A stretch of 64,000 bases of DNA from Patescibacteria group bacterium (GTDB taxonomy: Bacteria; Patescibacteriota; JACPGU01): positions 573,393-637,392 of the forward strand of contig JAKLDG010000001.1 of NCBI GenBank assembly GCA_022703645.1, given 5' to 3'. Shown one piece after another: positions 52,078 to 62,554 of the stretch. Position 1 is the first letter of the stretch; each line of letters begins with the position of its first letter. The position numbers were made by a program, and so were the translations under genes. The notes under the pieces are model-generated. The model worked only from the letters and a program-made list of their open reading frames with translations, searched no databases and was not told the DNA's origin.

Positions 52078-53814
52078 ATGAACCAATTTTGGCTTGAATA
52101 CCTTTATTTCGTCGTCTCTATTTTTGCGATTCTCGTAGGCATTTCTGCGGCTTCTCTTTTCGTAATTACTATGCGCGCTGAGAAAAAACTTAAAACTATC
52201 TGGAGAGCACTGGGTTTCTCATTGATTGCGCTGTCTTTTCTTCTTTTCATACTAGAAAGAAAATATTCTATAATAGGTATCGCTGCTCTAATAACAGAAG
52301 TGTTCGCTTTTTTCAGCATATATAAAGGCGTTTCATCCGAACCTGATTTAACCCCTTTACAACTTGCTCCTGATTACATGGCGTACACGCCCACCGGCAC
52401 TATCCCCGCTGGACCAGTTATAAACAATAACCCAGCTGCATCAGTTATGGCTAATACCCTAATTGAAGCAAATCAGTCCAAAAAACAGAAGAAAGAAAGG
52501 ATAGTATCTATTACTGCTATCGTTTTGATTATTGCCCTTTCAGTATTAATATATATATTTTTAAGGCAGTATATTCATTCTGCTTTAGCTGCGGGTGTAG
52601 CAGTATTTATTGCCGCTACAATACCAATCCAAGTTCGTAGGTTACGTACTCAAAGTAAAGATCGCGCTACAAGGGCGCAAAATATATATCCTTTAATCGG
52701 TTATATAATGCTCCTAATAAGTGGAATTTTTTATATTTTCTACCGACTTCCGGATTTGAACATCGTTTTCTTAAGACAAGCAAAATTGGAATATAGCGCT
52801 GTATGGCAGATTGCGGTATTTTTCTCAGCGCTAGGATTTTTATTCCTCTTTATTTGGGCATGGAATTTCATTAAGCTCAGAGTGTTCCTGCGAACTTATG
52901 TTGTTATATTGACCGTTGCAATTATTATTTCAACACTAGGTTCATTAGTATTCACCAGTTTAATTTTTACAATTGTTGAAAAAAATAATCTGCAATTAAT
53001 GATCCAGGGTTCCCAAGCTCAACAAGTAATTCTAGTTGATCGTTCCAATGCGGCTCTTTTTATCGCGAGAACAATATCAAATGACAGTGGTACAAAAAGT
53101 CTGATAATCAGCGACAATAAGACCGACTTATCTACAAAAATGAGAGATTTTCTTGATCAATCAGGTGTTGATTTTATAAAAATTTATAACCAAGATGCGG
53201 TGGTAATAGCCAGCCCGCAGGATGAAAGGGATGTAAACCAAACCGCAACAAATGATTCTCTTCTACAAAACGCTATTTCAGAAAAGAAACAAGCGAAATC
53301 TTTTGATGTTGAACCGGGGGTTCTTTCTGATGTAATTGTCGCAAGAGGAATCGTTCCTATTATATCAAACAATAATCTTATTGGCATGGTTGAGGTCGGC
53401 TACAAGTTTGATAATGCTTATGTAGATTTCGCGAAAGAAAAAACCACTTTGGATGTTACTATATATACTGGTTCAAAAAGATCCGCAACTACTATCAAAA
53501 CATTGGATGGTGTATCGCGCTGGACTGGAAGTGAAGAAACTGATCAAAATGTCGTAAAAACAGTTTTACAAAATGGCGAAGAATATAGTTTGACAGCAGA
53601 CCGCCTTGGGATTATCTATTACAATGCTTACGAACCAATCAGAAACACCAATGGGCAAATCATTGGAATGGTTTCTGTTGGAGTTCCAACAAATATTCTA
53701 TTTGAGAATACCCGCCAACAGCTTATCTCAACATTCTTGATTATGACTCTAGTTTCAATACTTATCGCGATGATAGGATATTACCCTCTTCGAAGTTTCC
53801 AAAAAAAATCATAA
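52078..53814 (+). CDS. Multi-TM membrane protein with extracytoplasmic sensor-like domain (Cache-like, tentative)
   Basis: 578 aa; about 8 N-terminal hydrophobic segments, ~250-aa hydrophilic domain, C-terminal TM; domain call from general architecture only. Confidence 0.55.
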   Translation: MNQFWLEYLYFVVSIFAILVGISAASLFVITMRAEKKLKTIWRALGFSLIALSFLLFILERKYSIIGIAALITEVFAFFSIYKGVSSEPDLTPLQLAPDYMAYTPTGTIPAGPVINNNPAASVMANTLIEANQSKKQKKERIVSITAIVLIIALSVLIYIFLRQYIHSALAAGVAVFIAATIPIQVRRLRTQSKDRATRAQNIYPLIGYIMLLISGIFYIFYRLPDLNIVFLRQAKLEYSAVWQIAVFFSALGFLFLFIWAWNFIKLRVFLRTYVVILTVAIIISTLGSLVFTSLIFTIVEKNNLQLMIQGSQAQQVILVDRSNAALFIARTISNDSGTKSLIISDNKTDLSTKMRDFLDQSGVDFIKIYNQDAVVIASPQDERDVNQTATNDSLLQNAISEKKQAKSFDVEPGVLSDVIVARGIVPIISNNNLIGMVEVGYKFDNAYVDFAKEKTTLDVTIYTGSKRSATTIKTLDGVSRWTGSEETDQNVVKTVLQNGEEYSLTADRLGIIYYNAYEPIRNTNGQIIGMVSVGVPTNILFENTRQQLISTFLIMTLVSILIAMIGYYPLRSFQKKS

Positions 53815-53828
53815 TTAAAAAATAGCAA

Positions 53829-56800
53829 GTGAATACAAAAACTAGTTTCAAAAAAAGCGTCCTGTTATTTCTCTCGGTTACTATATTATTAGTTGTAATT
53901 GCGGTTTTGATTCCTGCTTTCACGAAAATTCTAGATCAGAATAAAACTAATACATACAAAATCTCTTTCACTGACCCATTAAACTTTAGTTACAGCCCAG
54001 AAAAAATTACAATAGATGGAAGTGGTGCAAGATTAATCGACATAAATGAAAAAGGGCTCGTTGAGACATCAACACCAATTACCCTGCCAAAGGATGTTAA
54101 GCTGCTAGGCTTTAAAGAAGTATCGGACAAAAAAGGAAATTCTGATATATCCTACCGAGTAACTACTAGTAGTAATAGCTGGTATTATTTTGATGGATCG
54201 AACTGGAGAATCGTTCCTGAAAGCTGCAAAGATTGCACTAATAACGCTCAAGAAATAGATAAAAATATCGGAAGTTTGCCAATTGAATCGACAAATCTAA
54301 AAATTAATACTTATCTTTCTAGTACTTCAAAAGGTATACCAATATTAAATTCAATTAAATTGATTACTCGTGGAAATGAGATAAAACGACTCTATGCTGA
54401 AAAACCAAATTACAAATTCCAATCTTCTTACGCAGAAGAAGGAGCTGATAATTGCGTATGCAAAGATGCGATAAAAACATTGCAGCTTAAATATGTTGGC
54501 CCGAGCGATGTTACTATTAATATTTATGAAGAAGATAACCATAAAAAATTATTCAAAACTTTCTCGGGCGTATCTAATGGTGATATATTGACTTTTTCTG
54601 GCAGCTTAGATAATGCTGAAAAAATAAAAGATAAATTATTTTTTGAAATACCAAATTCTGGGATTGCTGATATAGATCAATACGTAAAATGCGACAAAAT
54701 AAAGCTCGGGTTAGTTTTTGGTAATTTTACGGTCGTTGGCTATACAGATAAAGAAGATCATATCTGTAATGGCGCGTCAACCAACCAAGCGCCTATTATT
54801 AATGATGATACGGCGACAACTCCAAAAAATGTTACCGTAATAGTAGATGTCTTGTTGAATGACTTAGATTCAGATGGGACTTTATCTCCGTCAACAGTGA
54901 TAGTAACCACAAGCCCAACGAATGGTATTATCGCAAATATAAATTCTAATACTGGAGAAATATCTTATACCCCAAGTAATGATTATACCGGGACTGATAC
55001 TTTTGTTTATAAAGCATGTGATAATTTCGGCCTTTGCGATGAGGCAAATGTAACAGTAAATATTTCTGGCGGTGGATCGGGATCAATAATAGATGGTAAA
55101 AAAGATAGCTTTTATGGAAACGCAACACCTCAGTGCTTTATGGATATGCCCGTCGGAACACTATATACATATCTCGATGCTTCGGGCAACCTCTATATAT
55201 ATTATGAACAATCGAAGAACGTAGTTGATAATACTTATGGAACCAATATTGTAAATTGGTCTAGAAGCCATAGCTTTAGCGATCTTGTCGGAAGCGATGG
55301 GGCTCAATTTAATATTAAAGATTCTCTTGGTAACACAGTTCTGACTTTTAATTCTGATTATGTATCATCAAATAATGCCTTAACATCTAAATATGGCTGT
55401 TTGGGTGTTGCGGGTGGCGAAGGAGGAATTACTGTTGGCAGCGCAGCAAATATTTTAGGAGCAAAAACATCTATTGATTATAACCTTAATGTTTTAGGTT
55501 GCGCGTTTACAACCAACTCTCCTCCAGCGGATGCAAGCTATAATCCTACTGATGGCAGTTGCCCTTCCTGGATTTTTGAAGATTCTTACGAAGTCGGTAT
55601 TTCCAAAAATGCTTTTGGAGCAAATGGATTTGGAAGTGTTGATGTGGTTTACGTTCATGACTCGCCTTCAAAATTAGGAACAAATAAAATAATACCTGAT
55701 ACTTGCGGTGGTGGATCTTGCGGCAATGGAACTATCGAACAAGGAGAACAGTGCGATGATGGAAACACAAACAATGGAGATGGATGCAGCGCAACTTGCC
55801 AAAAAGAAACAACGAATAAAAAGCCACCTGTTGCCAAAAACGATAATGCAAAAACTTTTCAGGATGAACCAGTAACAATTGATGTTTTGGCAAATGATTC
55901 TGACCCTGATGGCAATATTGATCCAACTACTGTCACTATTACTACAAATCCTACTCATGGAACTGTTAGTGTCGACCCAGTGACTGGCGAAGTTACTTAC
56001 ACTCCTGATTCTGGATTTAGCGGAAAAGATAAATTTCGATATACAGTTAAAGACAGTGGCGGTTTAGTTTCAAATATTGCAGAGGTAACGATTGATATCG
56101 ACAAAAACCCAACTGCATGCGGATGCTACAAACACTTGACAAAACTTGTTTTAAAATATAATGGGACCCAAAGCGCTACAATAAAAGTTATAAAAGAAAA
56201 AGGTACGACTGCCTACTTTGAAGGAAACGTTTTACCGGGCGGACAAATTACCGCATACAATGGCGGTTCTAGTTTGGGAGATAGTGTTCAAGTTTATATA
56301 AATGGAATCCTTAATGCTTCATTTGATGCTGATTGCGATATTGAAGAAACAACTGGAAAAGAAACGGAAGTTGGTTTAGTTGTTGGTTTCTTTGAAGTTA
56401 TTAGTGGACAAAGTGATAAAGCACACCCGATCTGCGGTTCAATCCAAACCAATCTTCCTCCTATCGCTGATGATGACTCAGCTACCACACTGAAAAATAC
56501 TCCAACCACTATTAATGTTTTAAGTAATGATTCTGACCCAGATGGATACCTTGTTCCTTCTACAGTTACAGTTACCGTAAATCCATCTCATGGTACTACA
56601 ACAATAAATAGCACGACCGGAGCTATAACATATACACCAAATAACAATTTTACTGGGACAGATGTCTTTACTTATCAAGTATGCGATAACGAAGGTTTAT
56701 GCGATACTGCTGTAGTTACAATAATTGTAAATAAAACTGAAAATAATAAACCACCGGTTGCTAAAAATGAAACTGTTCATACACTGCAAGACGAACCAGT

Positions 56801-59800
56801 AGATATTGATATTTTAGCTAACGATTCCGACCCTGATGGTACAATCGATCCAACAACTGTGATAATAACTACGAACCCTTCAAATGGCACAGTTAGTGTT
56901 AATCCAACAACTGGAGAGGTTACCTACACACCTATCCCAGGATTCAGCGGTCAAGATAAATTCTATTATACTGTTAAAGACAATCTTGGATTGATTTCAA
57001 ATATTGCAGAAGTAAAGATTTACGTAGATAAAAACCCAAATTCTTGTGGATGCTACAAAAAACTTACCAAACTCGTCTTAAGATATAATGGCACAACAAG
57101 TGCCACGCTAAAATTTATTAAAGAAGGCGGTACTACTGCATATTTTGAAGGAACCGTCTCTCCTGGCGAACTAATTACCGCATACAATGGCGGTTCTGGT
57201 TTGGGAGATAGTGTTCAGGTTTATATAAATGGAATCCTCAATGCTACATTTGACGCTGACTGTGACGAAGAAGAAACAAGCGGAAAAGAAACCGAGGTAG
57301 GACTTGTTGTAGGTTTGATGGAAGTTATGGCTGGAGAAAGCTACAAGGCAATTCCGCTTTGTTCAAATGTCACGAATCTACCCCCTATCGCTAATGATAA
57401 TTCAGCTACAACATTAAAAAATACTCCCGTTGCTATTAGTGTTTTAAACAATGATTCTGATCCTGATGGAATATTAGTTCCTTCAACTGTTACAGTAACT
57501 GTTAACCCAAACCATGGGACTACTACTATTAATAGTATAACTGGGGTAATAACTTATACACCAAATAATAACTTTACTGGCATAGACACTTTCACTTACC
57601 AAGTATGTGATGACGGGGGTTTATGTGACACGGCGATTGTAACAGTAAATGTAAATGCTATTGCGCAACCTCCTGTCGCTGTTGATGACTCAGCCGCAAC
57701 TCCAAAAAATACCCCGACAACAATTGATGTTTTACTCAATGATTACGGTATTAGTGGAAACTTAGTCCCCTCTTCGGTAGTTATCACAGTTCCTCCAGCT
57801 CATGGAACTGTCACAAATATTAATCCTGCAAACGGAGAAATAACTTATACACCATATAACAACTTTACGGGAAATGATTCATTTACTTATTCAGTTTGTG
57901 ATACTAATTCATTATGCGATACAGCAGTAGTGGCGATAAGCATAAATGCAAATCCTCTACCTCCAGTTGCTAATGATGATACAACGGCAACCATAAAAAA
58001 TAACCCCGTTGTAATTGATGTTTTAGTAAACGATTTTGATCCAGATGGATATCTTATTCCTTCAACTGTTAGTATAACGGTTAACCCAAATAATGGAACA
58101 ATTACAAATATTAATACGACAACTGGAGAAATAACATATAGCCCAAATAACAACTTTACTGGAACGGACACTTTCAATTATCAAGTTTGTGACAATAATG
58201 GTTTATGTGATACTGCATTGGTCACTATAACAATAGAAAAAGATAAGGTGCCTATATGTCATTACACGGGAATAGTTGGCGACCTATATGTATTTATGAG
58301 ATTAGATGAAGCACAATTGCAAACCCACCTACCTCATACTTTGGATATTATCCCAATAACGGATCGTAACGGAGATGGAAAGGTTTATAAAGATGATTGT
58401 GATTATATTTCAAATCTTCCCCCAATCGCAAATAATGATTCTGTAAACACAAATGAAGATACTCCAACAACCATCAACGTTTTAGCCAATGATATTGCGG
58501 TTAGTAGCCCCCTTGTGCCATCCAGCGTTATCATACTTAGCAACCCAAGTCATGGAACTATTACTGGTATTGACCCAATAACGGGGATAATTAGCTACAC
58601 ACCAAACACTGGGTATAATGGAACTGACACATTTACCTACAGAGTTTGCGATGGTAATGGACTTTGTGACTCAGCCACAGTTACGGTAAATGTGTTGGGA
58701 GCAAACCTACCTCCTATCGCAAATAACGATACAGCCTCAACTATAGCTACAGACCCTGTTGTAATAGGTGTATTGTTAAATGATTCTGACCCTGATGGCA
58801 CACTTAACCCAGCTAGCGTTACCGTGACTGTCCCTCCATCAAATGGTGTTATCACAAATATCAATCCAATTAATGGTAATATAACTTATACTGCAAACCC
58901 TGGATTTTATGGAACGGATAATTTCACTTATCAGGTTTGCGATAATGAAGGCCTTTGCGCAACGGCAACAGTCAGTATTACTGTTAAGGCAAGACCAATT
59001 GCTCAAAATGATTCCGCATTCACTGATAAAAATAAACCTGTTGAAGTAGATGTTTTGAATAATGACTCTACACCAAGTGGTACGCTAGTCCCTTCATCAG
59101 TTGTTGTTACTTCTAACCCAAGTAATGGAACCGTAACAGTTGATAGTACGACTGGAAAAATAACTTATAATCCATTAACAAACTTTACTGGTGTTGATAG
59201 TTTTGAATACCAAGTTTGCAATAGCTACGGATTATGTGACACGGCTACAGTAAATATAGGGGTTTCTTCCAAACTTCCACCTGTTGCTAATGATGATTCT
59301 TCTACAACTAACCAAAACACTCCTGTAGTAATAAATATTCTATCTAATGATACTGCGCCAAGTGGCACTATTAACCCTGCTACTGTAAATATTACTTCTA
59401 ACCCAGCTAATGGAATTGTTACAGTCGATAGCACTACCGGCCAAGCAACTTATACACCAAACATTGGTTTTTATGGAACAGATGTTTTCACTTATATAGT
59501 AAAAGATAGCAATGGCCTTGAATCAAATATTGCAACAGTCACGATAACAATAAAAGCACCTCCGATAGCAAATAATGACGAAACTAACACGCCATATAAT
59601 ACACCTGTAGTTGTAAATATATTAGGAAATGATCTCGACCCTGATGGTTCTCTTGTCCCATCTACGGTTGCTATTATCTCTGATCCAACTCACGGAACAA
59701 TAATTGTCGATACTACAAACGGCAAGGTAACTTATACTCCTAATACAGGTTATTATGGCACCGATTCTTTTACCTACCAAGTTAAAGATAATGACGGATT

Positions 59801-62495
59801 ATTATCAAATATTGCGACAGCAACAATTAATGTGGGGCCACCAGGGGTCTGTGTAATTAATTGTGGCGGCGGGCCTTCTTCACCTGTTGCTGTAAATGAC
59901 AATGTTACTACAAATAAAAATCAAGATGTGGTTATTGATATATTAATAAACGACTTTGCTCCAAGTGGATATATTATTAATTCATCAGTGACAATAACCT
60001 CAGACCCAAAAAATGGTACTATTACTAATATTGATAAAACTACAGGAAAGGTCACTTACACTCCAAATACCGACTTTACCGGAATTGATACATTCGTCTA
60101 TAAAATATTAGATAACAATGGATTATCTGCCACTGCTTTGGTAACGGTAACTATTAGTCCAAAAGTACCACCAGTAGCAGTTAATGATTCGGCAGCTACT
60201 CCAATCGGAACACCAGTTGTTATTGATGTTTTAATTAACGATTCTGATCCTGACGGTACGCTAAATAACGGAACTGTCCAGGTAATTACAAACCCCCTAC
60301 ATGGTACTATTACAAATATAGATCCTCTAACTGGAAAAGTAACTTACCAGCCAGACCCAGGATTCAATGGAATAGATACGTTTGTTTATAAAGTCAAAGA
60401 TAATGACGGATTAGATTCTAACCCTGCTACCGTAACTATTGGAGTTGGAACCATACTTCCACCAGTAGCTAATGATGATGTGAAAAATACCAACCCAAAT
60501 ACACCAACATCTATAGATATTTTGGCAAACGATATAGCTCAAAGTGGTACATTGGTTCCTGCAACTGTAAAGATTACAAAAAACCCAACCAATGGTACTA
60601 TAACGAATGTTAATACAGCAACTGGAGTGGTTGATTATACTCCAAATATAGGGTTTATTGGCTTAGATACATTCAACTATGAGGTTTGCAATAGCAACGG
60701 ACTTTGTGACACAGCTGTTGTAACAATCAATGTAGGCATCACCCTTCCTCCTATAGCAAACCCCGATGTAGGCGTAGCACCTGTTGATACCCCAATTGTA
60801 ACAGATGTTTTAGTCAACGATGTTGATCCAGGAGGAAACTTGATCCCCGCTACCACAAAACTTATTACTCCTCCGGTAAATGGAATCATAACTACCATCA
60901 ATCCGATAAACGGAAATATCACCTACGTTCCTGCGGTGGGATTTGTTGGAGCTGATACATATATCTATGAGGTATGTAACGGCGCCGGGCTCTGTGCTAC
61001 AGCTGCTGTTACAATAACCGTGCTTCCTCCTGCTCCAGCTGTTATTAGCATCAATGCTGAATTCTGTAACGGCAGAGTTTACACTACTCCTGATATCGGT
61101 TTTGTTGGAACGATAACTAATGTCCCAAATTCAATTACAGCAATTCAGTATTCTCTTGATGGTGGTACTACTTGGATTCCTGTCGCCACCGTACCTGCTC
61201 CAGCTGCGCCGGGTGGACTATACACTTTCGCCACAATAGGATTACCTGATGGTGTTTATAATGCGCTCGCCAGATCTATCTCTACCACGGGGGTCATCAC
61301 TATCTCGCCTATTTGTAACTTCTCTGTTGCTCTAGAAAAACTTATCTTTGGTGCAAATCAATTTGTAACGATTTCTAGGTCATCACCATTATCCAACTCT
61401 GGCGTGATACAGTTTGTAGAAAACACACCTCAAATTTTATATCTTGAAGCTCAAGGAGCGACAGATGCTTATATTGAGGCGACTCCAACAACATTAGCTG
61501 CTAGCGGTAAGACGAATATATCAGCAGTCGATAATTCATCAGTGATTAAATTCCCATTAACTTATAGCCAAGAATTGAAACTCTGGACTGGAGAAATAAA
61601 ATTCGATCAACCTGGTGCTTATAGTCTTGTTGGATTTATATCAAACAGTAGAGATTCTTACTCAAGAGAGATAAACTCCGTTACAGTATCAATCAAATCA
61701 AATATTGTTGATGTGGATACTAACCAATCAATCACAAATGCCACTATAACTGTTTATGAAAGAAATGCGAATACAGGCAGTTTTGAAATTTGGAACGCTT
61801 CTTCTTATGGTCAACAAAATCCTCAAAACGCATCCGAAAATGGTGGATTCTCACTATTCTTGCCAACTGGAGAGTTTTACTTGAAAGTTGACGCACCGGA
61901 TTACGGTTCTGTAACTTCTTTGATCACAAAAGTCGATCAGTACGGTAGTGTCACAGCAAGTATAAAAATGAAGAAACAACTTTCAGTATGGAATAGATTG
62001 TTTGCTTCTTCAGGAGATGACACATCTGCAAATTTCCCACTTTCTGTAACTCCAATGCCTCATAAAGAATTCTTGCAAATTGGCAAAAAAGTACCTGATA
62101 TCACATTGATTAACAAGAAAGGTAAGAGCATTAGTATGTTTAGTAAATTGGCAAAGAAACCAACAATAATAATTGCTTATAGTAGTTGGAACACCTTAGC
62201 TCAAGAACAGTTGAAGATATTTGATAATGTATCGGTACAATTTGGAGATAAGTATAATTACATCCCTATCTCAACTATGGAACCGGGAGAAACTAGTATA
62301 AATTATATTACTAGAGGACAATATATTCTTGAATCATATAAAGCCAGCGATCAGTTCTTTGATGACTATATGATTATCAGCCTTCCACACTTCTTTATAC
62401 TGGATGAAAATAATAATCTCATTGGTAATATTGTTGGACCTCAAGCAGAAGCTAATTTAATAACTCAGATTCAAAATATTATGGGAAATAAATAG
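53829..62495 (+). CDS. Giant (2888-aa) surface adhesin-like protein with >20 tandem ~95-aa Ig/cadherin-like repeats
   Basis: GTG start; N-terminal signal/TM; repeats PxANDDxATT..NTPVxIDVLxNDxDPDGxL.PSTVT.T..P..GT.T.N..TG.ITYTPN..FTGTDTF.Y.VCDN.GLCDTA.VTI.V; Cys-rich CGNGTIEQGEQCDDGNTNNGDGCSATC; C-terminal thioredoxin-fold-like segment without CxxC. Confidence 0.85.
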   Translation: MNTKTSFKKSVLLFLSVTILLVVIAVLIPAFTKILDQNKTNTYKISFTDPLNFSYSPEKITIDGSGARLIDINEKGLVETSTPITLPKDVKLLGFKEVSDKKGNSDISYRVTTSSNSWYYFDGSNWRIVPESCKDCTNNAQEIDKNIGSLPIESTNLKINTYLSSTSKGIPILNSIKLITRGNEIKRLYAEKPNYKFQSSYAEEGADNCVCKDAIKTLQLKYVGPSDVTINIYEEDNHKKLFKTFSGVSNGDILTFSGSLDNAEKIKDKLFFEIPNSGIADIDQYVKCDKIKLGLVFGNFTVVGYTDKEDHICNGASTNQAPIINDDTATTPKNVTVIVDVLLNDLDSDGTLSPSTVIVTTSPTNGIIANINSNTGEISYTPSNDYTGTDTFVYKACDNFGLCDEANVTVNISGGGSGSIIDGKKDSFYGNATPQCFMDMPVGTLYTYLDASGNLYIYYEQSKNVVDNTYGTNIVNWSRSHSFSDLVGSDGAQFNIKDSLGNTVLTFNSDYVSSNNALTSKYGCLGVAGGEGGITVGSAANILGAKTSIDYNLNVLGCAFTTNSPPADASYNPTDGSCPSWIFEDSYEVGISKNAFGANGFGSVDVVYVHDSPSKLGTNKIIPDTCGGGSCGNGTIEQGEQCDDGNTNNGDGCSATCQKETTNKKPPVAKNDNAKTFQDEPVTIDVLANDSDPDGNIDPTTVTITTNPTHGTVSVDPVTGEVTYTPDSGFSGKDKFRYTVKDSGGLVSNIAEVTIDIDKNPTACGCYKHLTKLVLKYNGTQSATIKVIKEKGTTAYFEGNVLPGGQITAYNGGSSLGDSVQVYINGILNASFDADCDIEETTGKETEVGLVVGFFEVISGQSDKAHPICGSIQTNLPPIADDDSATTLKNTPTTINVLSNDSDPDGYLVPSTVTVTVNPSHGTTTINSTTGAITYTPNNNFTGTDVFTYQVCDNEGLCDTAVVTIIVNKTENNKPPVAKNETVHTLQDEPVDIDILANDSDPDGTIDPTTVIITTNPSNGTVSVNPTTGEVTYTPIPGFSGQDKFYYTVKDNLGLISNIAEVKIYVDKNPNSCGCYKKLTKLVLRYNGTTSATLKFIKEGGTTAYFEGTVSPGELITAYNGGSGLGDSVQVYINGILNATFDADCDEEETSGKETEVGLVVGLMEVMAGESYKAIPLCSNVTNLPPIANDNSATTLKNTPVAISVLNNDSDPDGILVPSTVTVTVNPNHGTTTINSITGVITYTPNNNFTGIDTFTYQVCDDGGLCDTAIVTVNVNAIAQPPVAVDDSAATPKNTPTTIDVLLNDYGISGNLVPSSVVITVPPAHGTVTNINPANGEITYTPYNNFTGNDSFTYSVCDTNSLCDTAVVAISINANPLPPVANDDTTATIKNNPVVIDVLVNDFDPDGYLIPSTVSITVNPNNGTITNINTTTGEITYSPNNNFTGTDTFNYQVCDNNGLCDTALVTITIEKDKVPICHYTGIVGDLYVFMRLDEAQLQTHLPHTLDIIPITDRNGDGKVYKDDCDYISNLPPIANNDSVNTNEDTPTTINVLANDIAVSSPLVPSSVIILSNPSHGTITGIDPITGIISYTPNTGYNGTDTFTYRVCDGNGLCDSATVTVNVLGANLPPIANNDTASTIATDPVVIGVLLNDSDPDGTLNPASVTVTVPPSNGVITNINPINGNITYTANPGFYGTDNFTYQVCDNEGLCATATVSITVKARPIAQNDSAFTDKNKPVEVDVLNNDSTPSGTLVPSSVVVTSNPSNGTVTVDSTTGKITYNPLTNFTGVDSFEYQVCNSYGLCDTATVNIGVSSKLPPVANDDSSTTNQNTPVVINILSNDTAPSGTINPATVNITSNPANGIVTVDSTTGQATYTPNIGFYGTDVFTYIVKDSNGLESNIATVTITIKAPPIANNDETNTPYNTPVVVNILGNDLDPDGSLVPSTVAIISDPTHGTIIVDTTNGKVTYTPNTGYYGTDSFTYQVKDNDGLLSNIATATINVGPPGVCVINCGGGPSSPVAVNDNVTTNKNQDVVIDILINDFAPSGYIINSSVTITSDPKNGTITNIDKTTGKVTYTPNTDFTGIDTFVYKILDNNGLSATALVTVTISPKVPPVAVNDSAATPIGTPVVIDVLINDSDPDGTLNNGTVQVITNPLHGTITNIDPLTGKVTYQPDPGFNGIDTFVYKVKDNDGLDSNPATVTIGVGTILPPVANDDVKNTNPNTPTSIDILANDIAQSGTLVPATVKITKNPTNGTITNVNTATGVVDYTPNIGFIGLDTFNYEVCNSNGLCDTAVVTINVGITLPPIANPDVGVAPVDTPIVTDVLVNDVDPGGNLIPATTKLITPPVNGIITTINPINGNITYVPAVGFVGADTYIYEVCNGAGLCATAAVTITVLPPAPAVISINAEFCNGRVYTTPDIGFVGTITNVPNSITAIQYSLDGGTTWIPVATVPAPAAPGGLYTFATIGLPDGVYNALARSISTTGVITISPICNFSVALEKLIFGANQFVTISRSSPLSNSGVIQFVENTPQILYLEAQGATDAYIEATPTTLAASGKTNISAVDNSSVIKFPLTYSQELKLWTGEIKFDQPGAYSLVGFISNSRDSYSREINSVTVSIKSNIVDVDTNQSITNATITVYERNANTGSFEIWNASSYGQQNPQNASENGGFSLFLPTGEFYLKVDAPDYGSVTSLITKVDQYGSVTASIKMKKQLSVWNRLFASSGDDTSANFPLSVTPMPHKEFLQIGKKVPDITLINKKGKSISMFSKLAKKPTIIIAYSSWNTLAQEQLKIFDNVSVQFGDKYNYIPISTMEPGETSINYITRGQYILESYKASDQFFDDYMIISLPHFFILDENNNLIGNIVGPQAEANLITQIQNIMGNK
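55810..57690 (+). repeat. Intragenic tandem duplication of a ~940-bp (~315-aa) block
   Basis: KKPPVAKND...CGCYKHLTKLVLKYNGT...PICGS...PPIADDD...GLCDTAVVTIIVN repeated as KPPVAKNE...CGCYKKLTKLVLRYNGT...PLCSN...PPIANDN...; boundaries approximate. Confidence 0.65.
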
Positions 62496-62507
62496 ATCTA
62501 AGAAAAA

Positions 62508-62545
62508 TAAAAAATCACCGAGATATTCTTGGTGATTTTTTATTT
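62508..62545. terminator. Bidirectional rho-independent terminator between the adhesin gene and recG
   Basis: aaaaatcacc-gagatattctt-ggtgattttt stem-loop with T-runs on both strands. Confidence 0.7.
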
Positions 62546-62554
62546 ATATAATAT

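Noticed and set aside
53829-62495. Short antisense and off-frame ORFs within the adhesin gene (e.g. 54351-54542, 55674-55958, 57887-58177, 60677-60922)
   Set aside because: Embedded in a continuous 2888-codon frame with clear domain repeats; repeat-derived shadows.
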